A stretch of 63,599 bases of DNA, filler included, from Octopus bimaculoides (GCF_001194135.2; 4 parts of 4 records of this genome joined end to end with filler, not necessarily neighbours in it), one strand, 5' to 3'; positions 11,060-22,437 are shown, counted from the first letter of the whole stretch. Translations and numbers: made by a program. Notes: a model not told the origin generated them from the letters alone.

Positions 11060-12818
11060 CACTCACTCTCTATGGTTTTCGCTTTTATTTTTCAGACGTT
11101 ATTGTTTTCACTTTAAATTTTCAGATGCTATTGTTTCACTTTAAGTTCAATCATTATTGTTTTCACTGCAAGTTTTCAATCGTTATTTACAAATAACGAC
11201 AAATTACTGACAGAAAGAAGTTCACAACTACTGATGAAAGTAATTTCATAATTTACTGACAGAAGTAACTTCATAAATTTCACTTCAATCTGTACACTTT
11301 GTTAAATTTGCCTAGAAATTTCTTATTTACTTTTGCAACGTTTTTGAGGGATCTTTTTTTCTTTTTTTTTACGGTATTACTGATGGTTCATAATTTACTG
11401 ACAGAAGTAACTTCAAAATCTTCACTTAAATCCGTGCACTTAGTTAATTTCCCTGAAAATTTCTTATTTACTTTTGCTGCGGTTTTATTTTTCTGTTGTT
11501 GACGGTTTTTTTCTGGTTCCTTTGATACTGGGCCTTTAGTTCACCGAGTGACAAATCTCGCTTCAACCCGTATAATTCTTTATTTTCCGTAAAAAAATTC
11601 TTATTTACTTTTTGCCCGTTGTATTAAGAAACATAATTTCCGTTACCCAGTTATTTTCATTGTTTACTATTTTCTTCACCCATGTATTTCTGTATATGTA
11701 TATAACCATGCCTAAAAGGAAAGTATCAAATTTGTATACAATGTCAAGGTCAGCCAAAAGAATGTCTCTGTCCAGGGAAAGAGAGACAGATGCAGAAAGG
11801 GAAGCATACCAAGGAATGAACAGACTGTGCACTACAAAAGCCAGAGCATTTCAAAATGATGAACAGAGGCATGTACAGCTAACAAGGAATAGGATCTCCA
11901 CTGCAGAACAAAGAGCAGTTGCAACAGCTCAAGGAAGCAACTTCTATGAAGCAGCTTTCAATTATGATCCAACAGTTCATTATGCAGATGACACTAGAGT
12001 TTCCATTGGTAAGATGACAACTGAGTGCATACATTGTAAAGCAAGGAAGTGGCCTGGAAAGACACCTGCACTGTGCTGCAGTGGTGAAATGGTTAAACTC
12101 CCTGCAATCCCCCAACATCCAGAGCCATTGATGAAACTGTTGTCATCAACTGACCAAGATTCCAAGCACTTCCAAAACAAAATTAGACAATACAATGCTG
12201 CACTACAGATGACGTCATTTGGAGCCACAAGAGATATAACTGAGCCAAGATTCATGCAAACTTTCAAGATCCGAGGTCAGATTTATCTCTACTACTTCTG
12301 TCAAATGAATCACCAAAATTCCTTCAAATATACATTATGGATAATTCTCAACAAGAAGGGCAAGAGAGGTGCAAGAATATTTACGGCATCAGGATGAACA
12401 TTGTAGTATCTCTGCAAAAAATGCTGCATGGCACAACAACCTGATCAGAAGCTTCAAGACAGCGATTGAAATAATTCCACCTGACCCTATGGATTACAAG
12501 GTAGTTATCAGGTCAGACAAGAAACCATCTGGTCAACATGGAGGGAGGTTTAATGCACCAACAGAAAATGAAATAGCTGTGCTTCTGGTTCGGCAAGAAA
12601 CATGACAAGCGTGACATTGTCCTCCATCTCAGAGACAGCACACTGATGAGGAATTCAGAAACACACAGATCTTATGTTCTAAGCTGGCATGGGTTGGACA
12701 GTTATTAATGTAGAAAGTTGGTATCTCAGCTACAGGCAGTTGAGACCTGCGTAATTTAGACGGCATTTTAAAATTTCTTTATTTTCCTTGACCCAGGCAA
12801 TGCCGGGTATTTCTTCTA

Positions 12819-12819
<1 letters not shown>
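11060..12819 (+). mobile_element. Internally deleted Helitron in the Norrin intron
   Basis: The 3' end is the hairpin ACCCAGGCAATGCCGGGT (12791-12808) plus CTAG|T (12816-12820). A Rep/Hel N-terminal remnant lies inside. The 5' boundary is approximate. Confidence 0.85.
11708..12680 (+). pseudogene. Helitron Rep/Helicase N-terminal fragment
   Basis: IGKMTTECIHCKARKWPGKTPALCCSGEMVKLP (zinc-finger-like), IRQYNAALQMTSFGA, FKIRGQIY, RFNAPTENEIAV and RDIVLHLRD..SETHRSY. Frameshifted, with a stop, and truncated before the HUH and helicase domains. Confidence 0.88.
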
Positions 12820-12852
<33 letters not shown>

Positions 12853-13355
12853 GTTAATTCAACTCTGTATTACTTAAAGTCTCGTAGGAGCAGAACGCAT
12901 TCACTTTCTCAGATATATGAAGTTGAAATTGTGGGAATTTAAAAGGATTTTTTAAATGGACTTTCATTCTTCGGTTTAGTACAGATAGGTACTTTGGCTA
13001 AGCATTTCAGGTAATTGTTGTATATAGCATTTGACAGTGCAGCGACGAGAGTTACCATATTATGATTGTGCAGGTAATTGAATGAACTGCTGTCCCTTTT
13101 TAGCCGAAGTATGCGTGTAGCCTAAACTGATCAATGGATGCCTAAATATCTTCACCAAGAAACCATGGTTTAATTTTCTTTTAATTTTCTTTAGTCCAAC
13201 CCCGTACTTCTGAGGATGTGGGCGCGTTCTGCACCAATGAAACGTTAAATAATGTGGGGTCGAATCAAATTGTTATTAAATACTTGCAACTCCAACTCTA
13301 TTAAACATTCTTGTCTGATAATTTTCGTTTTTTTTGTTTGTTTGTTTTCTTGCAG

Positions 13356-13580
13356 AAGATGTTGTTGACTCGCTGCAAAGGCCACTGTACGAAATCAAGA
13401 ACGCAACCGCTGATAACTTTCTCACCAATATTATTAGAACCTTTTCATTACATATGTTCTTGTTGTCGCGATAAACTTTCCATCATGAAAGCTGTCCGTC
13501 TTCAGTGCCAGGACGGTGAGGTGGTATACGCCACATACAGATATATAATGCGTTGTGGATGTGAACACTGTCGGCGATAG
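13356..13580 (+). CDS. NDP: Norrin-like cystine-knot growth factor, last coding exon
   Basis: A T-rich tract and TTGCAG| acceptor (AG 13354-13355) precede KMLLTRCKGHCTKSRTQPLITFSPILLEPFHYICSCCRDKLSIMKAVRLQCQDGEVVYATYRYIMRCGCEHCRR*. It has the CxGxC, CxCC and CxCxxC motifs and ATYRYI, identical to human Norrin 118-123. It joins exon 6758-6907 in frame to give 124 aa. Confidence 0.95.
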   Translation, partial: KMLLTRCKGHCTKSRTQPLITFSPILLEPFHYICSCCRDKLSIMKAVRLQCQDGEVVYATYRYIMRCGCEHCRR

Positions 13581-13675
13581 AGACAAGGAGGGTCCTGATA
13601 GACACACATAAAACATACAAATCTGCACATACATACATACATACATACATACATACATACATACATACATACAAA

Positions 13676-13795
13676 CAAACAAAAATACCCTTTTGTTGAT
13701 GTTGAAATTCCAATGAAGGAGCCTTGGATCTAGGTTAGAAACCGATTCTTTCTCAATTGGTATGAAATCTTGAAATAAATTGAATAATGACATAC
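13676..13795 (-). repeat. Interspersed repeat copy just downstream of the Norrin stop codon
   Basis: Inverted copy of 9766-9885. Contains AATAAA at 13774-13779 on the + strand. Confidence 0.85.
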
Positions 13796-14339
13796 ATACA
13801 TATATACATACATACAAACATATATACATGCATACATACAAACCCAATAACCAGAATCACAAGAACTGTCGACTACATCAGCTATGACTGCAACAACAGC
13901 AACTCGATGGAAGTCACACTTTTTCTTCTTCGTTTGATAATATAATATACTCATAATACGTACAACATATATACTTAGACTCATACACAGAAATAAATGC
14001 GATGCAGACTCACACACACGCACGCACACACACATACATTAATCTATTTATTTATATATAAAGTTACAAATGTGCTTCATTGATCTTTGAAGTCTTTCAG
14101 TGTGTGTGTGTGTGCGCGCGCATGTATGTATGTATGTATGTATGTATGTATGTGATAATAATAAGAACAGAGAAGTGGAATCAATGTTACGCAAGTTTCG
14201 ATGAACGAACGTAATTTATTTCAGGTTACATACAAGTTATGAATTTTATGTGACAAATTTGGAGTTCATTCACACGCACACACGCACACACACACATACT
14301 ATATATATATACATACACACACACATACATATATCCAAA

Positions 14340-14387
<48 letters not shown>

Positions 14388-14790
14388 GCATGATAAACAC
14401 ACACATACACTGCGTTACATCTGATGACTCACTATAAAACCATTTTTGTCACAAATATGTCTGTCCGTCAGTGCGCATGTGTGGATACATAAGTATATTC
14501 TTTATACAGCATCATTTGAAGCATATTAAAGAATATTCGATGCTGTATTTGTGTATGTGTGTGTGCGAGAGAGAGGTGGGAGGGAGGGAGAGTAGATTAT
14601 TATAATAATAAGTATGAAAACCATAATAAAAAGAAGCAAAATTCAACCTGACACTCAACATTTGGATCTTTCCTCCACCACGTTCTGTATTGAAATATTG
14701 AAAATAATTTCTGAAAATGTATTCCATGGGTTATTACGGAGATGTAATAGCAAATGACCTGATCTGAGATCGTGTGCTGAAACAAAAACC

Positions 14791-15085
14791 ATTGCAGCGT
14801 GGAAGGTGTTTATAAGCCATTTAAGAAACACACAAAAACCGTTAGATTTACTTCAACATTTAAATTTAATTTGCCAAAATATTTTCGTCGCTTTGAGACT
14901 GCGACCTGCTCACTGACAAAATTCCGTGCTGCATCTCAAAATTCCGTGATGCAGCACGGAATTTTGTTAGTGAACAGATCGCAGTCTCAAAGCGACGAAA
15001 ATATTTTGGCAAATTAAATGTTGAAGTAAATCTAACGGTTTTGGGATGTTTTTAAATGGCTTATAAACACATTCCACGCTGCAAT
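14791..15085. mobile_element. Near-perfect ~295-bp palindromic fold-back MITE
   Basis: ATTGCAGCGTGGAA...CCGTGCTGCATC is mirrored by GATGCAGCACGG...TTCCACGCTGCAAT around a ~12-nt loop. Confidence 0.9.
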
Positions 15086-15780
15086 TGATTTCATTGGTTA
15101 CCATCTTTTAAATGAATGACAAAGAAAAAAGATATTGTCTTTGTGTATATTTCGTTTGTTCAAAAGTCACTTCATATTGTACAAATTTTCTTTATATTAT
15201 TTTGTTCTAATGCTTATATGTATATATATACATACATACATACATACATACATACATACATACATACATACATACATACATACATACATACATACGCGCA
15301 CGCGCACACCACACACACACACACAATTGAGACGTCTTGTCACTGCATGATTTCGTATAAGTTTCGAATTACATATGCCCTCTTTCTATAGATCAGATTA
15401 TGTAAACACTCCTGATAAACTGGTTATGACCAGTGGAACTAGTCCAATTGTTCGCTCTACAGAGGGAGCGCCGTGATTTAACCACAGGGTCTGTTTTTGC
15501 AGTGAGTCTAAATCACGTTTATTGTCTGTTTATGTATATTTATTAACAAAGTTTTATATGTGTGTGTGTGTGAAATTATGTATGTATGTATGTATGTATG
15601 TATGTATGTATGTATGCATGCATATATGTATGTGTGTACATACGTATGCATACTTTCTAAGTCATTGCATCTAAGTCAGATACACGTAGCTTTTCATTGT
15701 ATCTATTTTTGCTTTCTATGTTTCTTTTTTCTTCTTTTTCCATGTTTCACTTGTCTTTCTTTTCCTTCCATTCATTCTTT

Positions 15781-15801
15781 ATTATCATAATTATTATCAT
15801 A

Positions 15802-15863
<62 letters not shown>

Positions 15864-15895
15864 CATTATTATTATTATCATAATTATTATTATTA
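15781..15895 (+). repeat. (ATT)n microsatellite
   Basis: Directly visible; the source of the poly-Ile ORF. Confidence 0.95.
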
Positions 15896-16471
15896 GGCGA
15901 TTTGCACCCGCTTTTCAGTTTACAGATTTATGTGCTGCATTTCATTGAGCCAAAACCAAAAAGAAATAACACTAATACTACAATTTTGACATTGTTTTCG
16001 TTCACGAAATCAAGTTCTGTGCAATATGGAAATTTCTTCCATCCAATTTATATGCTAGTCAGACACCAGCAACAATTATCCACAGCACTGAGAGAAGCAT
16101 TATTAAAATAAGTCTGTGACAAAACATGCATTATGTATATGTGTATGTATGTTCCTTTCTGTTGAAGAGCGTAGGCTCAAAACATAAAAGACTTTCCACT
16201 TCCCGAGCGTTAAACTAATACATCTGTTGTTTACACACCCATCTTCGTCTTTTGTTTTTTGTTTTTCTTTTGTTTTTTTGTAAATTCAACTATATATATA
16301 TATATACTTATACTACCTTTCCTCCCCTTTTTTCTTGTTTTTTTCCTTTCTTTCCCGTTCTAATGAAGGACTAGCATCCAAAACCATTAGAGATTCTTTC
16401 CCTTCCTCTCAGGCATTGTTGTTTTCTTGTTTTTGCTCATTATCTCATGAATACATACATACATACATACA

Positions 16472-16505
<34 letters not shown>

Positions 16506-16512
16506 CATATAT

Positions 16513-16576
<64 letters not shown>

Positions 16577-16619
16577 ACTAGGGCACATGACACTCCAATT
16601 AGTTGGCATATTATAATTT

Positions 16620-17040
16620 ATATGTACAAGAGAAGACTTAGTAAGAATGAACCTGTGGAAAGTAAGTGAGTGTTGTTTTTTATGTGTGATTAGTGGGAGG
16701 TATTGCTTGAGCCATGCAGTCCTGGTCAGCCATCAGAGAACTCCCAGGAATCAACCCCTTCTAACTTGGGATGCAGCTATTGTTCACAACAGAACCTGTG
16801 CAACCTGTGGAAAGATGTGCCTTTCAGCTGAATGATTGAAAAGGCATGTCAAAAGAATCCATACTGTGGCACCTGTTCCCTCTACAAGCCAATACAGCTG
16901 TGCATTATGCAGTAGAATGTGCAACTCTTTGGCCAGGCTCAAGAGTCATACAAGGGCCTTGCATTGCATCATCAATGACTCATTTCAATGATTGTTTCTA
17001 GCAATGGCTTTGCTCATATACAAGAAAGCAGCTACTATGT
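16620..17040 (+). mobile_element. LINE 3' end with C2H2 zinc-finger remnants (RTE-like)
   Basis: CATCGKMCLSAE*LKRHVKRIH and CALCSRMCNSLARLKSHTRALH, with an in-frame stop. Resembles the C-terminal fingers of RTE-clade ORFs. Confidence 0.65.
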
Positions 17041-17148
17041 ATGTATGTATACAATGCTATGTTAATGTCATGATATCTTCAGATAGATTTAATTCAAATA
17101 TGTCTCCAGTTAACCATCGAAAAATATTGGAAAGAACATAAGATATAA

Positions 17149-17223
<75 letters not shown>

Positions 17224-17435
17224 CAATTTTGGAGGATTAATCGATATGCGGGTATTCTATTTCAGATAATACAAAAATAACCTAATGAGCGTATCTGACA
17301 GTAAACTCATGGTGTCCGTTTGCACATCACGAAATAATACTTAAAGGATATAACCAAAATTACCAGCAGGGTATATAATATCCTTCATTAATTATATCCT
17401 AATTTAGTTAATACTTATATTTATTAAATATGGAG

Positions 17436-17573
17436 GAACTACACGTGTTTCAGTATTGAAAGATTACAATATATATATATACATATACACAACTGTATAC
17501 CCATATATCTACATATATAAATACATATATGCAATCGTCATATTTACAATTATTCCAACACATCTTCAGGTTC
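17436..17573 (-). ncRNA. Hammerhead-ribozyme-like motif (minimal type I) in the 3' terminal region of the Penelope-like element
   Basis: The minus strand reads GAAC-CUGAAGA-U-GUGUUGGAA ... UUUCAAUAC-U-GAAA-CACGUGU-A-GUUC. This gives stem I GAAC/GUUC, the core, a 9-bp stem II with a long AT-rich insert, palindromic helix III and a GUA triplet. Position 10.1:11.1 is a U:U mismatch. Confidence 0.55.
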
Positions 17574-19147
17574 TATTTCAAAATATTATATATCTAATTT
17601 TACATCCCTTTAAAAATAAGCAATACAATTAAGCATTAAAGATTAAAAATTAAGAATTAAAAATTAAGAATAAAAATTATACTTTGTAATATTAAGAATT
17701 AAAATTTATAAATTATACATTATAAATATGAATTAGTATATATATCAATCATGTAAAATCAAGTATATGTCAAATATAGAATGTGAGATATAAAATTAAA
17801 CATCAGAATAAAAATGCCTGTGTTTAAATGTGATATATAACAAGAAAAGTTCAAATACATATCTTTCTTTTTTGCTGGTACTAAAATGGTGATTTGAGGA
17901 AGAAGATAGCAAGGAACTATGGGCATTTATAGGTGATTAGTAACAAGGGGGTGGGGGCAATTACACTATACATAGTTTTAATTTTAAGTTATCCTCTACT
18001 ATTATTTTCAAATTTACCTATATTGGGAGGTATATATAATTTGTTATTATATAATTTTAGTAATATTTAATTCATATATTTATCTTATTTAAATTATTGC
18101 ATTATTTTTTTTTATTTTTTATTTATTTATATAGTCTATTCAAGTGCTTTAGAAATAAAATTATGTGGTTATTTGATTCAGTAGTTGGGGGTTCAATACT
18201 TCATTTTACTAAGTGTAAAATTACTTCGCTCGTTCATCATATGTGTTTAGTAATTCATCTCTAGACTGTAGTAGTTTCATAAATTCAGTTATGCATAATA
18301 AACACACTTTATTTCCAATATTATAGGAGTGGGCTCTCTTTTTCTAGATTTTAATTCCCATATATATTTACTTAAGCCTGTAGACTTACTTAAATCGGGA
18401 TTTTTAAAGGTCTGGTAGTGTTGGGATATACTTTCTTTAATTTTTCATTAGCTGTTGATCCAATATAAGCCTTATTTATAATTTTATTATTATTGTTCTT
18501 AGAGCTAACTATACATTTATAAATTACATTATCGATATTAATTATTAGAGAGCTTACATTTAGTCTTATAACAACATGAAGATTTTTCTATATGTTGATT
18601 AAGATTTCTATTACTATCAGTTATATTATGGTTAGAGCTATTATTTATTATGCAATTATAATAATGATTTAATTTCTTATTATTTATAGAGGAAATGATA
18701 TTGCTTACATTTCTCAATGTTGAGTACCCCACTCTTATGGTTTTATTGGAAAATATATTTGAATAACTATTGTCCTTTTTAAAAACCAGTTTTACTATTT
18801 TAAGTGTCTCCTTAATAATATTAATCATAACTTGATCCCCATATGGAATAATTAACCATATAATATCCTTTTTATTTTTTATATTTTTTATATTATCATT
18901 ATTAGTAGACATCATCGGTATTAAATTATCATTCTTAGGTATATTATATCTCTTCTTGTATACTTTACTATGTTTCTTACTATTGCTCATATTCTCATTA
19001 TCACAATTACTATTATTATTGTAATCATTATTAACAACTGTATTATTTTTATCTTTATTTAATTTGTTATACTGTCTTTTATTAATATTATTCATATTTT
19101 TACTGTTAGATTTATTAACAGTTTTATTAGGAATATCGGTTAGAGGA

Positions 19148-19590
19148 GCAGGAGTAGCTGTGTGGTAAGTAGCTTGCTTACCAACCACATGGTTCCGGGT
19201 TCAGTCCCACTGCCTGGCACCTTGGGCAAGTGCTTTCAACTATAACCTATGGCCGACCAAAGCCTTGTGAGTGGATTTGGTAGGTGGAAACTGAAAGAAG
19301 CCCGGTGCCCCAGCATGGCCACAGCTCATGAGCTGAAACTAGATAAAATAAAAATGAATGAAATGATATGTATGTGTGTTTGTGTGTCTGTGTTTGTCAC
19401 CCCACCATCGCTTGACAACCGATGTTGGGGTGTTTACGTCCCCGTAACTTAGCGGTTCGGCAAAAAGAGACCAATAGAATAAGTACTAGGCTTCCAAAGT
19501 CCTGGGGTCGATTTGCTCGACTGAAGGCGGTGCTCCAGCATGGCCGCAGTCAACTGACTGAAACAAGTAAAAGAGTAAAAGAGAGAGAGT
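19148..19590 (+). mobile_element. tRNA-derived SINE inserted into the Penelope-like ORF
   Basis: Same family as 718-1127. Interrupts the minus-strand ORF between the RT thumb and the linker. Confidence 0.88.
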
Positions 19591-20535
19591 ATGTTATTAT
19601 TATTATTGTGTTCATAATAATTAAAGAATTTATATTAGAATTGTATCCTACTTCTTTTAATGCTTTATTATAATATAAGGCATGTTTATCAAAAGTGTCA
19701 TAATCTGAGGATAGCACAGATATTCTTTTACCTATATCATTTATTAAGACTTCTTTAACTGATTTAGAATGGTTACTTGAAGAACTAATATACTTTAGGT
19801 TTTCATTCAACTTATGGAATGGATGGATCTTATTAGTGACTAGATTAAGGTTGACATCTAGATAATTTACTGCATAATGGCATAATGCTCATTCTCTATA
19901 GATATTCCTTGGCCATTATTCTTAAAGAACGTGTACATTTTCTTCTTAAGGCATTCTAATGACCTATTAGTACAATTTCTAGTTATAAGTAGTAGGTCGT
20001 CCCTATAAAGACCACCCTCTATATTCGTAAATTCTATTTCTAGTTCAGATAAGAGATATAAACCTACAAGATCGGTAACCTCGGCTGAATCCGGGGCACC
20101 CATGGGTATATCACAACAATCTCTAGTGTCTTTTCTTGCCCATAGTTTATCTTTATATTTTATAATGGACTTCCTCGCAGTCAACACTACTTTTACTTCT
20201 TCAGATGACATATTTACCTTTCTCATGGCATATGACAGGGCCTTACTTAAACCACTTCATTTAAAAATGAATAATAATTCTTTATATCAATTTGAAGGAA
20301 TTTACAAACTGATACCTTGAGTTTACTGTCAGATATACTCATTAGGTTATTTTTGCATTATCTGAAATAGAATACCCGCATATCAATAAATGCCCAAAAA
20401 TTGAATTTATAATGACTTTTATCAGATACTTTGTATATTCATAGATAAATATATAAATATCCGATAAATAAGACCCCAAAGTATGATATATAGGTGCATA
20501 TAACGCTGAAAGGTTGCACCTGATTGATTTGGAAA

Positions 20536-20572
<37 letters not shown>

Positions 20573-21055
20573 TATGAAAAACAATATTTGAACTAAACAC
20601 CAGAGTTTGATATTTCAATGTTCTGTATGTTACATACACAATCATCAGTAGAGGGAGAAAGGTTTTTATAATCACACATATCAAACTTACAACTGCTCAG
20701 TGTTGTGGCAAAGAGGGGCTGGCACAAGACCACCAGTGATGGAGAGCATTGGTGGACCTTGTGGGCCCTATGCATGATGACACCTCTGGGATCACTAACT
20801 TGGAATGACCCCAGCCCCATCAAGTAAAGGCATGAAGCAGCAGAAGCAACCGTGTTGTGTGGTTTGGGATAAAAGACATGAAATGTAACAGAACATGAAG
20901 AATATGCCAAATTGATTCTATATCTAATTTCTTCTTAATTAAGTAGAGCCAAAACTTTTATTTATTTATTGAAAATTGTAGTTTTTAATTTTTTGCTTCA
21001 TTTTCATATCTGGTTTGTACAATTGTTAATGTGAATTTGTGTGTTGAAACCAATT

Positions 21056-21302
21056 TTGTTGTGTCTGGGGACAGTCATATTGTCTTAATACCTTATTATC
21101 TGACACCTTGTTAGTGGATGCTGCCTTTGTCATTGGGGCACAGTCCCATAACAGATTGAATCAACATCCATTTACAAAGGTGCAAAAGGAACGAAAATTT
21201 TGGAAAGAAAAATGTAAATAATAAATGAGTGGAAATTGAACCAGTGATTGTGTTAGATAATAAGGCCATTAAGACAATATCACTTTCCCCAGGCACAACA
21301 AA
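21056..21302. mobile_element. MITE-like element with ~50-bp imperfect TIRs
   Basis: TTGTGTCTGGGGACAGTCATATTGTCTTAATACCTTATTATCTGACAC is mirrored by 21250-21302. Confidence 0.65.
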
Positions 21303-21657
21303 GTTAGTTTTTAAGTATTAAACTTAATTCTTATTTATTCATCTTTTGTTGATCTGCTTGTTCTGTTTCTTTTAAACAGACTTAGAAAAGAGAGGTCATG
21401 TCGTTAATGAGATCGCAAATGGCAACAAAAGACCTAATTGGGTATAATGACCCTCCTGAGATGCAAAATATTAAAAAAAACGAATCAAAAACAAAAATGT
21501 ATTAAAAAAATGCTTTTACACATAAAATAATCCAGACAACTATAAATGCGATAAATGGGATTATAAGAGCAGCCTTCCTCCATTGAATATTGTGTTCTAA
21601 GCACTCACATTTCTTTTCCTTGTTCACATTCATGTATTGTTTATATGTGTATACAAA

Positions 21658-21691
<34 letters not shown>

Positions 21692-21711
21692 GTATTCAAA
21701 CATACGGAGTA

Positions 21712-21751
<40 letters not shown>

Positions 21752-22151
21752 NNNNNNNNNNNNNNNNNNNNNNNNNNNNNNNNNNNNNNNNNNNNNNNNN
21801 NNNNNNNNNNNNNNNNNNNNNNNNNNNNNNNNNNNNNNNNNNNNNNNNNNNNNNNNNNNNNNNNNNNNNNNNNNNNNNNNNNNNNNNNNNNNNNNNNNNN
21901 NNNNNNNNNNNNNNNNNNNNNNNNNNNNNNNNNNNNNNNNNNNNNNNNNNNNNNNNNNNNNNNNNNNNNNNNNNNNNNNNNNNNNNNNNNNNNNNNNNNN
22001 NNNNNNNNNNNNNNNNNNNNNNNNNNNNNNNNNNNNNNNNNNNNNNNNNNNNNNNNNNNNNNNNNNNNNNNNNNNNNNNNNNNNNNNNNNNNNNNNNNNG
22101 TGTATTAGAGAATCCTACTTCTCAGCTGTCAGTTCAAATTTATTGTAAATA

Positions 22152-22154
<3 letters not shown>

Positions 22155-22203
<49 letters not shown>

Positions 22204-22437
22204 GTGATGATGGTGATGATGGTGATGATGGTGATGATGGTGGTGGTGCTGGTGGTGGTGCTGGTGGTGGTGCTGGTGGTGGTAGTGGTGGTGGTGCTGG
22301 TGCTGGTGCTGGTGCTGGCGCTCGTGGTGGTGCTCGTGGTGATGACAACAATGATGACGACAACGACAATGACAACAATGATGACAATGACGACAACGAT
22401 GGCATTGACGATGACAATGACAATGATGATGATGATA
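22155..22437 (+). repeat. Compound trinucleotide repeat (GAT)n-(GGT)n-(GCTGGT)n-(GAC/AAC/GAT)n
   Basis: Directly visible; generates poly-M/V, poly-S/P and poly-T/I pseudo-ORFs. Confidence 0.9.

Larger units (their letters stand above)
17221..20406 (-). mobile_element. Penelope-like retroelement (RT + GIY-YIG), decayed, bounded by ~88-bp inverted repeats
   Basis: Minus-strand RT motifs FLQIDIKNYY, PMGAPDSAEVTDLVGLYLL and GLYRDD; thumb SNHSKSV..KRISVLSSD; linker IIWLIIPYG..IFSNKTIRVGYS; then SCCYKTKCKL, IYKCIV..KAYIGST (GIY-YIG). 17221-17308 is the reverse complement of 20319-20406. Confidence 0.88.

Noticed and set aside
12642-12675. CTGATGA...GAAAC hammerhead-like boxes
   Set aside because: It lies within Helitron coding remnant (TLMRNSETHRSY), and stems I and III cannot be formed.
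13356-13580. Alternative assignment as bursicon, glycoprotein-hormone subunit or DAN/gremlin
   Set aside because: Norrin-specific residues (RCMRH, HP, SR..PL..FS, PF, KA.RL.C, ATYRYI, CxCExC) and the full 11-Cys spacing match NDP much better than a generic cystine knot. Formal phylogeny is still needed.
15472-15518. CGTGATTTA...TAAATCACG hairpin as a possible pre-miRNA
   Set aside because: Only a 9-bp terminal stem with a poorly paired interior; it matches no miRNA I recognise.
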